Assembly (NCBI RefSeq): GCF_964204645.1
Contig: NC_134029.1
Location: 10,938,850 to 11,002,849, forward strand
Direction of reading: 5' to 3'
From: Tubulanus polymorphus
Taxonomy: Eukaryota; Animalia; Nemertea
Length of the DNA stretch: 64,000 nt
In this document: piece by piece, positions 52,636 through 64,000 of the stretch
Numbering within the stretch: position 1 is the first letter of the stretch
Layout: each line of letters starts with the position of its first letter
Translations under genes and position numbers: made by a program
The notes under the pieces: generated by a model
The model's input: only the letters and a program-made list of their open reading frames with translations
Told to the model about the DNA's origin: nothing
Databases searched by the model: none

Positions 52636-52910
52636 ATACATATTATCATTCCGTGAAAATGTTTATCAGTAACAGTTTGTAAATACATATATACTGTATG
52701 CAATGTATCTATCCATTACAGCATATAATGCATATATTTTTATAAAATTAATAAAATTAATATCATATAATATAGTGTATATATATTTCTTTATAATATC
52801 AGTCATGTAGGAGAAATGTCCACCCCATGGAGGAGTTATTTCCAGGAGAAGAAATGGTGGAGAAGTTTTGTCCGGAGGAGTTCTGTCCGGAGGAGTTTTG
52901 GGCGTATACC

Positions 52911-54465
52911 ATATTTCAACATGTAGATTCCCATAACCTTATATATAATCATCAGTCTGGCTTTCTGCCAGGTCACAGTACCTGTGACCAAATTCTAGCA
53001 ATATCAACTTATATTTTTGATAATTTTCACAGAAATCTCGACGTTCGTTCTGTATATTAAGACATTAGTGCCGCATTCGATTCAGTTCCGCATAAGCTGT
53101 TACTTCATGAATTAAAGGCTTATGGTGTAAGGCTGAAACGTTTGGAATATAATTATTTAATGAACCGTAAGAACAGTAAGGTAAAGGTGGATGGTACATT
53201 CTCTGATACATCACCTGATAACTATGTAAACAGCTCCGTACCACAGAGATCAATTTTCGGTCCATTGCTATTTTTGTTGTATATTAATGATCTTCCCGAT
53301 GGATTAAGCAGTACTGTGTTTTTGTATGCAGATGATACCTCCTTATATTCTAGTATTGATCCAACTGACCCGTACCCTGGTAATCGAGCCGTCCAGTCAG
53401 ATCTTGATAATATCTCGAAGTGGGCACTTTGCTGGGATCTTGAGTTTAAGCCTAGTAAGAGTTGTGATGTCACATTTTGTAAAATGACATCAAGTATTAT
53501 AATCCTTTGTTTTTAAACAGTATTCGTATCCCAAGTGAAACGTCACGAAAGCACTTAGGTTTTATCTTAGACTCAAATCTACGTTTCCAAAAACATGTTG
53601 AATCTATTTTTGAAAAGGTACAAAAGCTTTTGGATCCGTTAAAATCATTAAAGCATAAATTAAAATCACGACACCTGAACACAATCTACAGTTCATTTAT
53701 ATACCCACACTTTGAGTATTGTGATGTAATATTTAGTAGCGCCAACAAAACAACTCTAGATAGGCTTGAACGGCTCCATTACCAGTCTGTTATCATAGTA
53801 TCTGGCTGTATCACGGGTTCTAGTAGAGAAAAAGTTTTAGATGTCCTTAACTGGCAATCATTATCAAGCAGGCGCCTCGTGCGACAAAAAGTTTTCATGT
53901 ATAAATTTTCAAAATGTATGCACCCCTCTTATGTCTTATCACTCTTCAGTACCTACCAAAATATAGCGAAAGAAACTTGAGAAATCATCAACCTTTTCGT
54001 ATACCCCATCGTGTACCAAGTAAGATTAAGAATTCCCTATTCAGACTTATGGCTGTCTGGAATGACACTTGTACAGACATTCGCTCTATTCCAAACTTTA
54101 CAATTTTTAAATCTTGAGTCTATAAACGATCATCACAAGTTTCTACAATCACGACAGCAATGATTCCAAATTTAAATCTTAGAGAAGAAATGTCTTTAAA
54201 TAGACTACGTGTAGACCTCTTTTTACGATCCCAGCTATGTGATCATAATTTTAGCAATGCGCTTCATCCAAATTGCCCTAATTGCAACAATAAAAGACTC
54301 GATACAGTTCATTTCCTTTTAAAGTGCCAGCACCCTCCTCATCGCGATAAAATCCATAGCCTACTCCAGGACCTTGCTAATGAAATTCAATTATCTACAA
54401 TGCAGCAATTCTTTTCAAAACGACTTATTGATAAATGTAAATTTTCATTGGTAGTCCAGACCTGA
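52911..54465 (+). pseudogene. LINE B ORF2, 3' part: RT and C-terminal CCHC-type finger (frameshifted)
   Basis: HQSGFLPGHST, DISAAFDSVPH, VPQRSIFGPLLFLLYINDL, LYADDT, KHLGFILD, CPNC..HFLLKC. Confidence 0.9.
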
Positions 54466-54783
54466 ATTATAATACTAACATCAGTATTATCTCACTAACC
54501 GCAAAATTTGAAAATCTAAATCATTATGACTACTGACTGTGAAATGATCAATACCGTGTGATAGTGGTGATGTTGTTATTGTAATAACTATTATAACAAA
54601 TATTTTCTAGTATTATTATTATTGTTTTGTTCTTAATAATTGTAATAGTCTTTTTTGTACAAAGCGGTCTTTTCAATATTAAATATTTATAACATTGCTA
54701 TTAATGTCAATGTTTGACCTTAGCAAAATAACTTATTGTAAAATTTTCCCTGAAATAAAGCTATATATATATATTTAAAAAAA

Positions 54784-55865
54784 AAACGTAAATAAATATC
54801 TTGTTCTAACATGAAAAATTCCTTAGATAACTTGACCCAAAGTACGTCTGGGGTGCTATCATTTTGCAAAAGAGAAATACCTTCTGGTAGGTTAGATTTA
54901 TATAAAAATAATAGTCCACCAGAATTTTTCCCCGCGCGCGCCGATGCTTTTTCCTCACATTTTGATAAAAGCTATATCCGTTTGGTATGGAAAAAATGGT
55001 GTCTTTATTATTCGCTGTTTCGGACAGAAGTATGAGATCGTATTTTCCGAGTTCAGTTTAAAAGTCCAGTAAATCTAACTTACATATTCGCACTTCTTTC
55101 GACCTTTTAAACAGACCTTTCATGTTGAGATAACACAAATTCAGTTCAGTTTGATTTAATCCTAGATTTATGCGATTCCGGGCGTCATCATATTCCAAAT
55201 TCTCAGAATGATCCATCGTTACGTGTGTCTGACGCAACATTTCACCTAGTTCCCGCTCATCCGCTGTTACGCTCCCGTTTTCCTCACTTATTCCACTACT
55301 ACTTGGTGTCGGTTGATCACCGCGGTACTGACCACGCTGGGCAGGAGTCGTTCATCCTGTTTCGCTTTCGATGCGGTTATGTCCGTGCTCTTGCTTCGCT
55401 GATACGGCTTATTGTTTACGAATAACTGCCCCTGCACAAAGTGAAATTTAACTTCTTTTTCAATTAGCTTCTTAACAACGTCGTTGTAACTTCACCTTTG
55501 ATCCCTGATCTGCTTGGGAAGTTGCTGTGCTATTTGGATACGGTGGTGTGCTAATTCATCATGTCTAGCTCTTACTTCTTCGCGATCCGGATAGTATTGG
55601 AACTTAACAACTATTGGCCTTATTGTTCCATTTTTCGGTTTTCCGATACGATGCACTCCTGCAAATTAAATTCTTTTCCGGGCATCAAGTATTTCAGCTT
55701 TATTTTTTAGAGTATCAAACATCTTGGCGCTCACGTCCTCGCTAGCTTCCTCATTAATGCCAAAAAAGAGTAAATCTTCTCTCATCGACCTCATCTGAAG
55801 GTCTATCACAATGTCGTTGAGCCTTTGGTTATCCTGACGTAGATCTTCCATCTCAGTCTCGGATT
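54784..55865 (-). mobile_element. Non-LTR retrotransposon A, 5' part: ORF1 remnant and APE N-terminus
   Basis: ORF1-like LQMRSMREDLLFFGI..VHRIG..RPIVVKF; then YLNMKGL..LLSET..NSGGLLFLYK..LWVKL..DIYL, continuing in frame across the TSD at 44391-44405. Confidence 0.85.
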
Positions 55866-57849
55866 TTGCCATGAGTGACATACTTGAGCACATACATCCT
55901 TACACCTATACCTTTCAATGAACAAAAGTTAATTAATAATATGGTAGACTCATGGCTTTCAAAATGATTTGGAAAACCAGTTGCAGACAAAGAAATAGCA
56001 GAAAAAAGCAATCTCAAAAAGCAAATGATACAGCGAAAAAAAGGAAGTAATAGTGTATACATGAAATTGCATATTCTTATTCGTAGAACTATCAAATTAA
56101 TTGATTTAAATTGATAGTGTTAGTGATTGGCAAGAAACTGTTAGCAGCCAGCTTAAGAACACATTTCATAGCCGTCGCAGGATTTTTACTAACAGTCGGC
56201 TGACGGCTTATTTTGAAAGCCCTCACTCATTACTTGTGACTGACGAGGGCAGCAGGGCGGACCTACAGCAAGTGATGAGGGCACAAGGGCGAGCATGGGA
56301 CACATCTGAAGGGCACAAGAGCGGCTATTTTCAGGGGCGGGGCGGACCGCCCCTCTATTTTTGGCTAGATGAAGCACTGTACAGTTTATCAGCTTAGGCA
56401 AGCATCTACTACTCACAATCTTCTCAAAAATGTATTAAGTACGGACCACAAATGTATGGACCACAAATTTTATGTGTCATGACATTCCGCCATCTTGAAT
56501 TATCTATAAAAAGAAGGTCTACAATCTGTCAATTTGGTTTACTTGAAACCATGAATGATTGGAACAGATGGTTTTTTGACCCTGGAAAATCAATTGTTAG
56601 GCCTTAATTAGTCTTTATAGATTTCGAAAAACATTTGATAAGGTACTACATCAGAGATTACTAAACAAACTATTAGGAAATGGTATCAATGATTATGGGT
56701 AGCTTAAATGGTTCAGCATTTTTCTACGAACAAAAAAAGGTTGCCGAAATCAACGGAACTGTGTCATCTTGGAAATTAGGATTAACGAGTAGAGTAATGC
56801 AAGGTAGTATCCTAAGTCGCCTTCTCTTCACTTTCAAATGATATACAGAATAATCCAAAATGTACAGGACCAGTGAATTTCCAAAATGACCTAAACAAGC
56901 TGTGTACTGTACATGGTCAGAAACAACGCATAATATGAATATACGAAGAAAACCCAGGTTCATATTATACGTTCGAGTGAAAAAGATTATTTTGTTCGAA
57001 TGAAGATTACTCCTTAGTACAAAAAACGTATTCCTACACCTTATTTAACAGGGGTAGGTCTGTGGTGTATTCGATTCGTAAAATCAATTTCATTTTTCGG
57101 ATTATGAAAAAACAAATATTTTGTTGCCGGATTTTTTATTGCAAGTTTTGTTTGAAGTTCAATCAATGTTCAATCAACACTTAGAGCTACCTAGAAATGA
57201 TCTCCTATCACCTGCAGCATCGAAAACATTTACTCTGAATATCAAGCGTGAGTCCAGCTTACGGATAAGAATGTGTTATATGCAGGTATTTTGTCAATAT
57301 CCTGTGGATTTTAAAATTTAAAACGATCAACCGCGCGTGGCAGCAGTCTTTTTGTCAATGCTGGAAAATGGGCCTCAGATGCACCAAAACCCCTCGAAAC
57401 CTACCACAAACTTTGGAGTAATCAGACTATGTTGAAACCCATCATGAAAAGTTTCTTTCCGGTTGTATATGGTCACCAGGGGCATTGAATAGCAGAATAA
57501 CTTAGTATACTCATATTACAGTAGAATTCAATTCAGATGACTAGGGACTGCCCCGATTCCTCCGAATTCCGGAAATCCAGATTTAAAAAATCCAAATTTA
57601 GTAAATTCTGCTGTACATCGGTTCCTAGGCATATTTTGTTACCACAATAATCACAACAATTGCAAAATTGTGGTTTATGACAAATTCTATGATGATTTTC
57701 AAGGTCATCAGTTTCTGTACACAGGGGTGTTGAATACTGTTTGTTGGGCATTTCAAACCACTGATATGATTTTTTGATATGACTTGGCAAGTGGGTACAG
57801 TGGTCCTCGAGCCCTAGTTTCTATTCATGTATATGTCATTTTGTTTCAG

Positions 57850-57934
57850 TAAAACTGGGTAATATGCTAGCGTATACACAGTTAGATGAGAAAAGTGTCC
57901 AGTTGCTGCTCACTCACATTCACGACGTTATCAA
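57850..57934 (+). CDS. MORF4L1: MRG15/MORF4L1 penultimate coding exon
   Basis: TTTCAG|(V)KLGNMLAYTQLDEKSVQLLLTHIHDVI(K)|GTATGT, cf. RIGAMLAYTPLDEKSLALLLNYLHDFLK. Confidence 0.96.
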
Positions 57935-59368
57935 GTATGTATATTCCCATCACTTATTTTACTAAGAGTGTAGAATGGCAGATTCATGTTTGAATTTTAT
58001 ATATTAAGAAGTCCCACTATTTTTCTGAATAAATGTACAAGCTCAAAAATTGGAGACACCGACTAGGTGGTATCCATCATCGGGATGAAATCTGAATCCA
58101 CTCAAATTGTGAAACTGCTTTTCACTCAAATTCACTTCCTATCGGGGCTTGATTCATCTGTAAATGGAATCAGGGTATTTTCGGAAGGGGTATTTGTTTG
58201 AAGTGCCTGAGACTGATAAATGTGCTGGAAGGTACCTGCATTTTCTGTGATGAGCATGAGCTTTTCTTGAGGACGTGTTCAATTCCCAGAAAAAGGGCAT
58301 TTGAATATAAGTTTAAAGGTTCAAATTGCTGAAATTGCATCCCTGCACTAACTGAGTATTTTTCTACTGCTAGACAGAAATTCCAGAAAGATTAAATACG
58401 TTTATTCTCTAAAAGTACTCGATGCAATCAGTTATTTTATCCTGCCAAAGTTTTGAAACCCTATGGTTATTCTGCCGATTATTGTTATAATTATTAGTTA
58501 TCTATTTCTCACGCTGCATTGAAACCTGAAAGGAAACTGCAATTTACTCCTCAAAGATCAAGTGTAGCCCAAAATAGTTTAGGTTCTGGTGATATTTGTC
58601 TCACAGATTACGTGGATCATCCCTCATCACCTGTTTTCATTATCGCCTTGAATTCATTTTTAATTTCACTGATCTGGGCTGCCATTATGTATTTGGCATC
58701 ATTAGGTGAAACAGTTGCTTCAAACTTCTTGACCAGGTTTTAAATGGGTTTCCTGGTCAGCTTTCATCTTAAACACACTACATGTTTGTTCAGGGATGAA
58801 AATCTTATGCAGAAACGCGGTCTTGTGATTCGTGTAGATCTGTTGAGTTGTTATAGTATTTGCGTTGAGTACTGTACCCTTTCCTATGGCGTTTGCCAAT
58901 ATTTTTTAAATTAGGATTGATCACCAATGGTTTTTCTTGAGATCATAGCACACTTGATGAACAGACTGTACGAGCATCTTATAAAACTGGTGCTACGATC
59001 TCTAAATCTCTCATATACAACATCATTGCAAAACAACGGGTTTTCTGACCAGTTGGTTGAAATGTCTTACTTAGATTTGGACGAAATCAATCTTAAATCA
59101 GTAAATAAACAACGGATAAATAGAGATCAATGTGCTTTGCGAAATACAAAGTACTCTTTGTACCAAGTTTAGTCAAAATAGGATTACTAAGATGTAGTGC
59201 TAGATATCATGAGCTACAATTTGGCAATTGTCGGATTGATTGGTGGTAACCATCGATCAAAGCATCATCAACATTTCCCATTCAAAACCTCTGCAAAAGT
59301 GCTGATTTTGCCGAACTGGACACACGTCGAGACCATCTTGATTTTGATCTAGCTGTAGAAAAGGTTAA

Positions 59369-61785
59369 CCCTTTGGTGCCTGCCAGATTTTCTCGTAAAT
59401 GCGCGTTTCTGCCTGAGCGATTTTATTGTCTTAGTCAGTAACGAGGAGACCAGTTTCGTAAAAAAGCCTAACTCTGTCTATATATGTCCTATCTTCAATA
59501 TCTATACATCAAATGAAAGAAGAGAAACAGGAGATCAAGAATATGACAAAAGAATTGGTATTATATGGGTCTATGGTCCAAGGTGGGCCATTTGAAAAAT
59601 ACCCAAAATTTTCTGCATAGTATAAATTATGATGTCCACCACTGAATACATAAACATTTTTCAAAAAGACTATAACCTATCAGCTAAAAAACCTTATAAT
59701 ATGAATAATATGACTTGTCATGTTTTTGATCTCTCCTCCAAAAATTACTGAAAAATATTGAAAAATAAAGAAATTACATCAATTTTAGAATTTTAGAAAA
59801 ATTATTCAGAATCCCGTAATTCAAACGTACAATATAGGATACAATCACACAACAAATTTTTAAAGTTCAATTTGTCGAATAAACTTATTTACCACACCAC
59901 AGTTAACTGTCTTAGTCTTTTCTTAGTCTTTTAAATGCAGCTGGCTTGCCAGCTTTATCAGGATCGTTATATAAGTAGTCCTCTTCGTAATGCCAGTGAC
60001 GGAAACACGGATCTGGACACATTCGTACACCGCAAGCTCCACATATGTAACGGGTTTTGCTTGTGGACCTTGCAACGTGATTTTGTTGGTTGTAGAGCAG
60101 GAGCATGTTCGAGGCCTCGATTGAAGCGAACTCCCGTGGCTTGATCTAGTAACTGAATCCGGAACTGAGGCCCTGATGAACGGAAACTTCGGCCGCCAAC
60201 TAATTCAGTGGACAAATGTTCACGAAAAATGCGTTAACTATCTGCTGGAGTATTGCTCTGGTATAGAATAAATGCATTACTGATACATACATCAACAACG
60301 TACCAGAAAACTTTCAGCGGCCACCTTATACCTTTCATATGGCGTTTGTACGATGTGACTTTCCGATCCATTATGTCGACGCCACCCATATTCTGGTTGT
60401 AGTCATCAATTATAGTTGGCATATTCACGTCCACTTTTCCCCATTTATTGTCAATCCTTGCAGTTCTTTTAGTTGTGGTGACGGTATCTCCAATCGGAAG
60501 GCTAGAAAGTAGCGTTACTTTCTTATTGTCTTGCTAAGCGACGCATACGATATCAAGTCGCGTGTTTCAAGAACGCATAATCGCCATGTTTCATTATTTT
60601 AGTAACAGCAGATCTGTAAACAGCTTCGGACCACCTCGTGCGGCACGCGGGGTTCCACATGCTTCCCATTTGCGATCTGCTAATCGTACAAATACCTCTA
60701 AACTGGAAAACCAGTTATCCATAAATATCTGGTATCCGAGATTATCATACGGCGTCACAGTATCCAGAACAGTTCTGATCAGTTTTTTCCCATCAGGAAT
60801 GGTTCTGTTAGCTTGTGACAACTGCATGTTACAAACATAACCTGTCTTAGCTTCACTAAGCATAAACACTTTGAGACCAAAACGTATTGGCTTGTTCTTC
60901 ATGAAAATTCGGCCTGGCGTTCGGCCTTTCGATTTTATCATTGATTCGTCGATTGATAATTGCCTCACTGGCTGATAAACCTCACGAAATCTGTGAGGAA
61001 AATAGTCAAAGAAGTAACGCACTTCATAGTACTTATCATAAAGCAAATCGTTTTTATCGGGTGCTTGCCGTTCATCAAAGAAATGGAGATATCGAAGGAT
61101 TTGGACGAACCGGTCACGCGGGAACACATCCACGAGATTCGGACAACATGTCAAGTTGTGGCGTCTGCTCCATATTTGTTTTATATTTTCCCTTATTTGC
61201 ACAAGGCCCACTGCAATAATAAGGCCAAGAAAACTTTTAAGTTCATCGACAGTTAGATCTTTCCATGCCGTTTTATTTTTGGAGACGATGCAAATTTCGC
61301 AGCCTGATTACGGTTGGTTTCGTTTACTATAAACTGGTAAACAGCATCTGTAAAAAAAATTTCAAAGTACTCAGATGCTAAGTTCACTGTACTAAGATCA
61401 ATCTTTGGGCCTGTATTTCCCACTCTGAACCTCAAATCAGTAGGCACAGTTATTGCATTAGTCCAGTTATCATCGGAAAGTTCATCCAAAAATTCAATTT
61501 GAGCACCAAGGGGTTGCTGGGGTCCATCCCCAGCCCCACCCCTGGGGGGGGGGCCTGTTCATTTAACTGACCAGTTTCACTTTCATCTGACGAGCTGTAA
61601 GTGTTATCGCCATGTTCTGACGCTGATTCTTTATCAGATATGGTTAAATCTGCAGCCGTGTCATCAAAATCTGGATCGTTATCTAATGAATCATCTCCGG
61701 AAGAACTTGCCGAATTCGATGACGAACGGTCATCAGCAAATCTCTCGAAAATATTTCTACGACGTTGATTTCTGAACGTAGCCAT
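59369..61785 (-). mobile_element. piggyBac transposon, decayed; only one terminus seen
   Basis: TTAA|CCCTTTGGTGCCTGCC terminus at 59365-59384; transposase upstream on the minus strand; matching TIR not found. Confidence 0.85.
59912..61785 (-). pseudogene. piggyBac DDD transposase (PGBD-like), frameshifted
   Basis: Acidic N-terminus; SIDESMI, KPIRFGLK, FMDNWFSS, YNQNMGGVDIMD; C-terminal Cys-rich CKVH..CGACGVRMC..CFRHWH; split over several frames. Confidence 0.92.
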
Positions 61786-63100
61786 TTTAATACAATTGTT
61801 TGATGTCTCTGTAACAAATTAAGCCAAAAATAAACCGCTAGATGTCACCACCGGACGAGGTTATATTAAGACCGTACATAATAAAGCGTATCAAAAACTT
61901 TAAGAACACTAATAAAATTTGATTTGATTTGAAATAGTGATCATAGAACAGATTATTAGTTCAATGAACATTCAATAAATACACATTGCACATGTTCAAT
62001 AGATATGTCCAATCCGACAGTTGATGAACAGGCTCTATCTATATTTGCAATTATATCCATGAAACGACTGACGACATTTTATGGAACTAAGTTGAATAAG
62101 GATAAGGTCCGTAAAATGGCAATGTGGTTTCTTTGATATGACCGGAACCGAATCTGTCCGCAGGATGACTGGCACATGTCAAGTATTGAGGTATATGACT
62201 AAATCGTTTCTGTCAAGCGAGTGAGTAACGATGCAAACATGGCCCGAATCCGAGGACCTATGGCTGCCAATGTTCTGTACGCATCAAATGCAAAGGTTGG
62301 CTTATGCAGATCATTTATAGTCTCCTCTGATCCAATGCTGCAAATCTGAAAGTTCTTCAAACTATTTACTCTCAAATTCATCAAACTAATTTACACATAT
62401 TTTCAATCATGGATAGGTACATATTTGAATCAGTATGAGAATTTTGATTTACATAGATTAACCAACTTGTAAATTTTGTCAGAAAACACATTTTCACTAA
62501 GAACCTGAAATATAACAAGAAACAAAATTCTTAATATGGACTTTCCTACATTTACATGATATTGTATGTTTAATCCAGCACTTATCAAGATCGAGCACTT
62601 ATCAAGATAGGGGGGTCCAGGTCCCTCCCCCCATGGAAAAATGTTCTACTTGTATTTGCTCAAATGTGTTTTCCCAGCATTTGGGATGATAATCAACTAG
62701 TTTAATTAAGTGGCTGATTGCTGCAGTCCACTTGGGACTTTAGTCTCAGCGGGCTATTGCGTTCACTTTTCGTCTGTCCGTTCGTCCGTTTGAATCCAGT
62801 TATTTTCGAATCTGAGTGAAGATACATTTTTTGTTAAAAATTAAGTAGATAAACAATAATCCCGACGATAACAAGAGCGTTTTCTGTGAAACAAAAGAAA
62901 ACCCTAATACTTTTATATAATAGCGCTGCACGGGAGATTTAGAATTTGCAGTACGTTCATACAACAAGGAATATATGTGATCAATAATAACATTTTGTTA
63001 TTGTTTCAATCTATGCACTAAGAGGGAATTTCCGCTATAAAAATATCTAAAACATGCAGCTAGGGATTCAAACCTGACTGGTATCACTTTATGTATCTAA

Positions 63101-63605
63101 AGGCCGGTTTATGTCGACAAGCAAGGCAACGCCTACTGGAGCAACTGGGTTTATCGCCGATTAGCTGCAACTAGCGGCCTACAAGAGGCCACCAGTTGCT
63201 GCTCTATCGGTTCGATATAAGCCAGCTTGTGACGGCAACCTGACGCCTATCGACTTGTCGCAAGCCGTATCCGGCTAGTTGCCCATGTTCTACTCCGGCC
63301 TTGGAAATTGGTTGAACTATGGTGTGAGCGGCCATCTTTATATGATGTCGCTAGCATATTGTATTAAGAAAATAATCAGAAAAATAATGATCTTGAAGAA
63401 ATAGCTTTTTTAATAGAAATGTATTTCCCAATCATTCAAAATAATTCAAATTTATCCTCAAAATGCTTATCACGTGACCATCTGAGCCATTGCAGTAGCC
63501 AGTTATCGTAACCGACATAAGCAGGGAAGCAACTGGGAGGATCTCATATCCCGCTAGTCGGCCTCAGTTGCTGCGAATCTGAGCGCAGTCGACATAAGCC
63601 AGCCT
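63101..63605. mobile_element. PIF/Harbinger-type MITE with TAA TSD
   Basis: TIR AGGC(C/T)GG(T/C)TTATGTCGAC, 16/18 match; TAA at 63098-63100 and 63606-63608. Confidence 0.8.
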
Positions 63606-64000
63606 TAAGCTTTGGATATTGTCAGAGCCATCCTTTCATTGACTCCAGACATAAACAACAAATGATAGACCGCGCATGGCAGCAGTCTTATTTTGTCATT
63701 AGTCAATGCTGGAAAATGGGCCTCAGATGCGCCAAAAATCCCTCGAAATTTCAAGAGCTTCCAGATGCACCATATGATCTGACCCAGTATCAAAATGATT
63801 GATCAATGTTAGTAGATTCTAAAGCAATTCTATATTGTATAGTAATATCTGGGATACCCTGTATGATGTTTGAAATATGGTATCCAAAAATCAAATTACT
63901 TGCGAAGACGAAGAACCACAATGGCAACTGTTTTGTTTATACAGTTTTATGACTATAGGTATCCTGTTACTGTAACTGCGCCATATATGATGCAATGTTC

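Larger units (their letters stand above)
49819..52910 (+). mobile_element. Mutator-like (MULE) DNA transposon inserted in the RT of LINE B
   Basis: ~100-bp imperfect TIRs built from ACA(G/A)AACT(C/T)CTCC modules; the host frame YDAI|FQHVD rejoins across it. Confidence 0.9.
44406..54783 (+). mobile_element. Full-length non-LTR retrotransposon B (CR1 group) carrying two nested DNA transposons
   Basis: 15-bp TSD AAACGTAAATAAATA at 44391-44405 and 54784-54798; 5' UTR, ORF1, APE-RT ORF2, AATAAA and (TA)n/A tail. Confidence 0.92.

Noticed and set aside
59912-61785. Domesticated PGBD gene
   Set aside because: Multiple frameshifts and stops, and a transposon terminus is retained.

Overview
AT-rich animal (invertebrate-like) nuclear DNA. 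Almost the whole window lies inside one + strand host gene, MRG15/MORF4L1 (chromo-barrel + MRG domain). Ten GT-AG coding exons were read between 1907 and 57934 (1069 nt, all intron phases consistent); I could not find the first or last exon in the window. One 320-nt exon gives an unusually long K/E/R/S-rich linker. The introns are filled with nested, mostly decayed transposons: (1) a 5.0-kb Kolobok element (TTAA TSD, 14-bp TIR, THAP-DDE transposase convergent with a KolX/P2X7-ballast-like gene) and two non-autonomous TTAA elements with Kolobok-type ends; (2) Helentron-associated (HINE-like) elements whose 145- and 154-bp internal repeats carry CTCF-like motifs; (3) MITEs with 3-, 6- and 7-bp TSDs; (4) a fossil Zator-like transposase; (5) a three-level nest in which a full-length CR1-group LINE with a 2A-like DVELNPGP peptide sits inside another LINE and itself holds a Kolobok-type MITE and a FLYWCH-MULE element; (6) a decayed piggyBac. 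No CRISPR array, rRNA or convincing tRNA gene was seen. All family assignments come from motif recognition by eye, not database searches.
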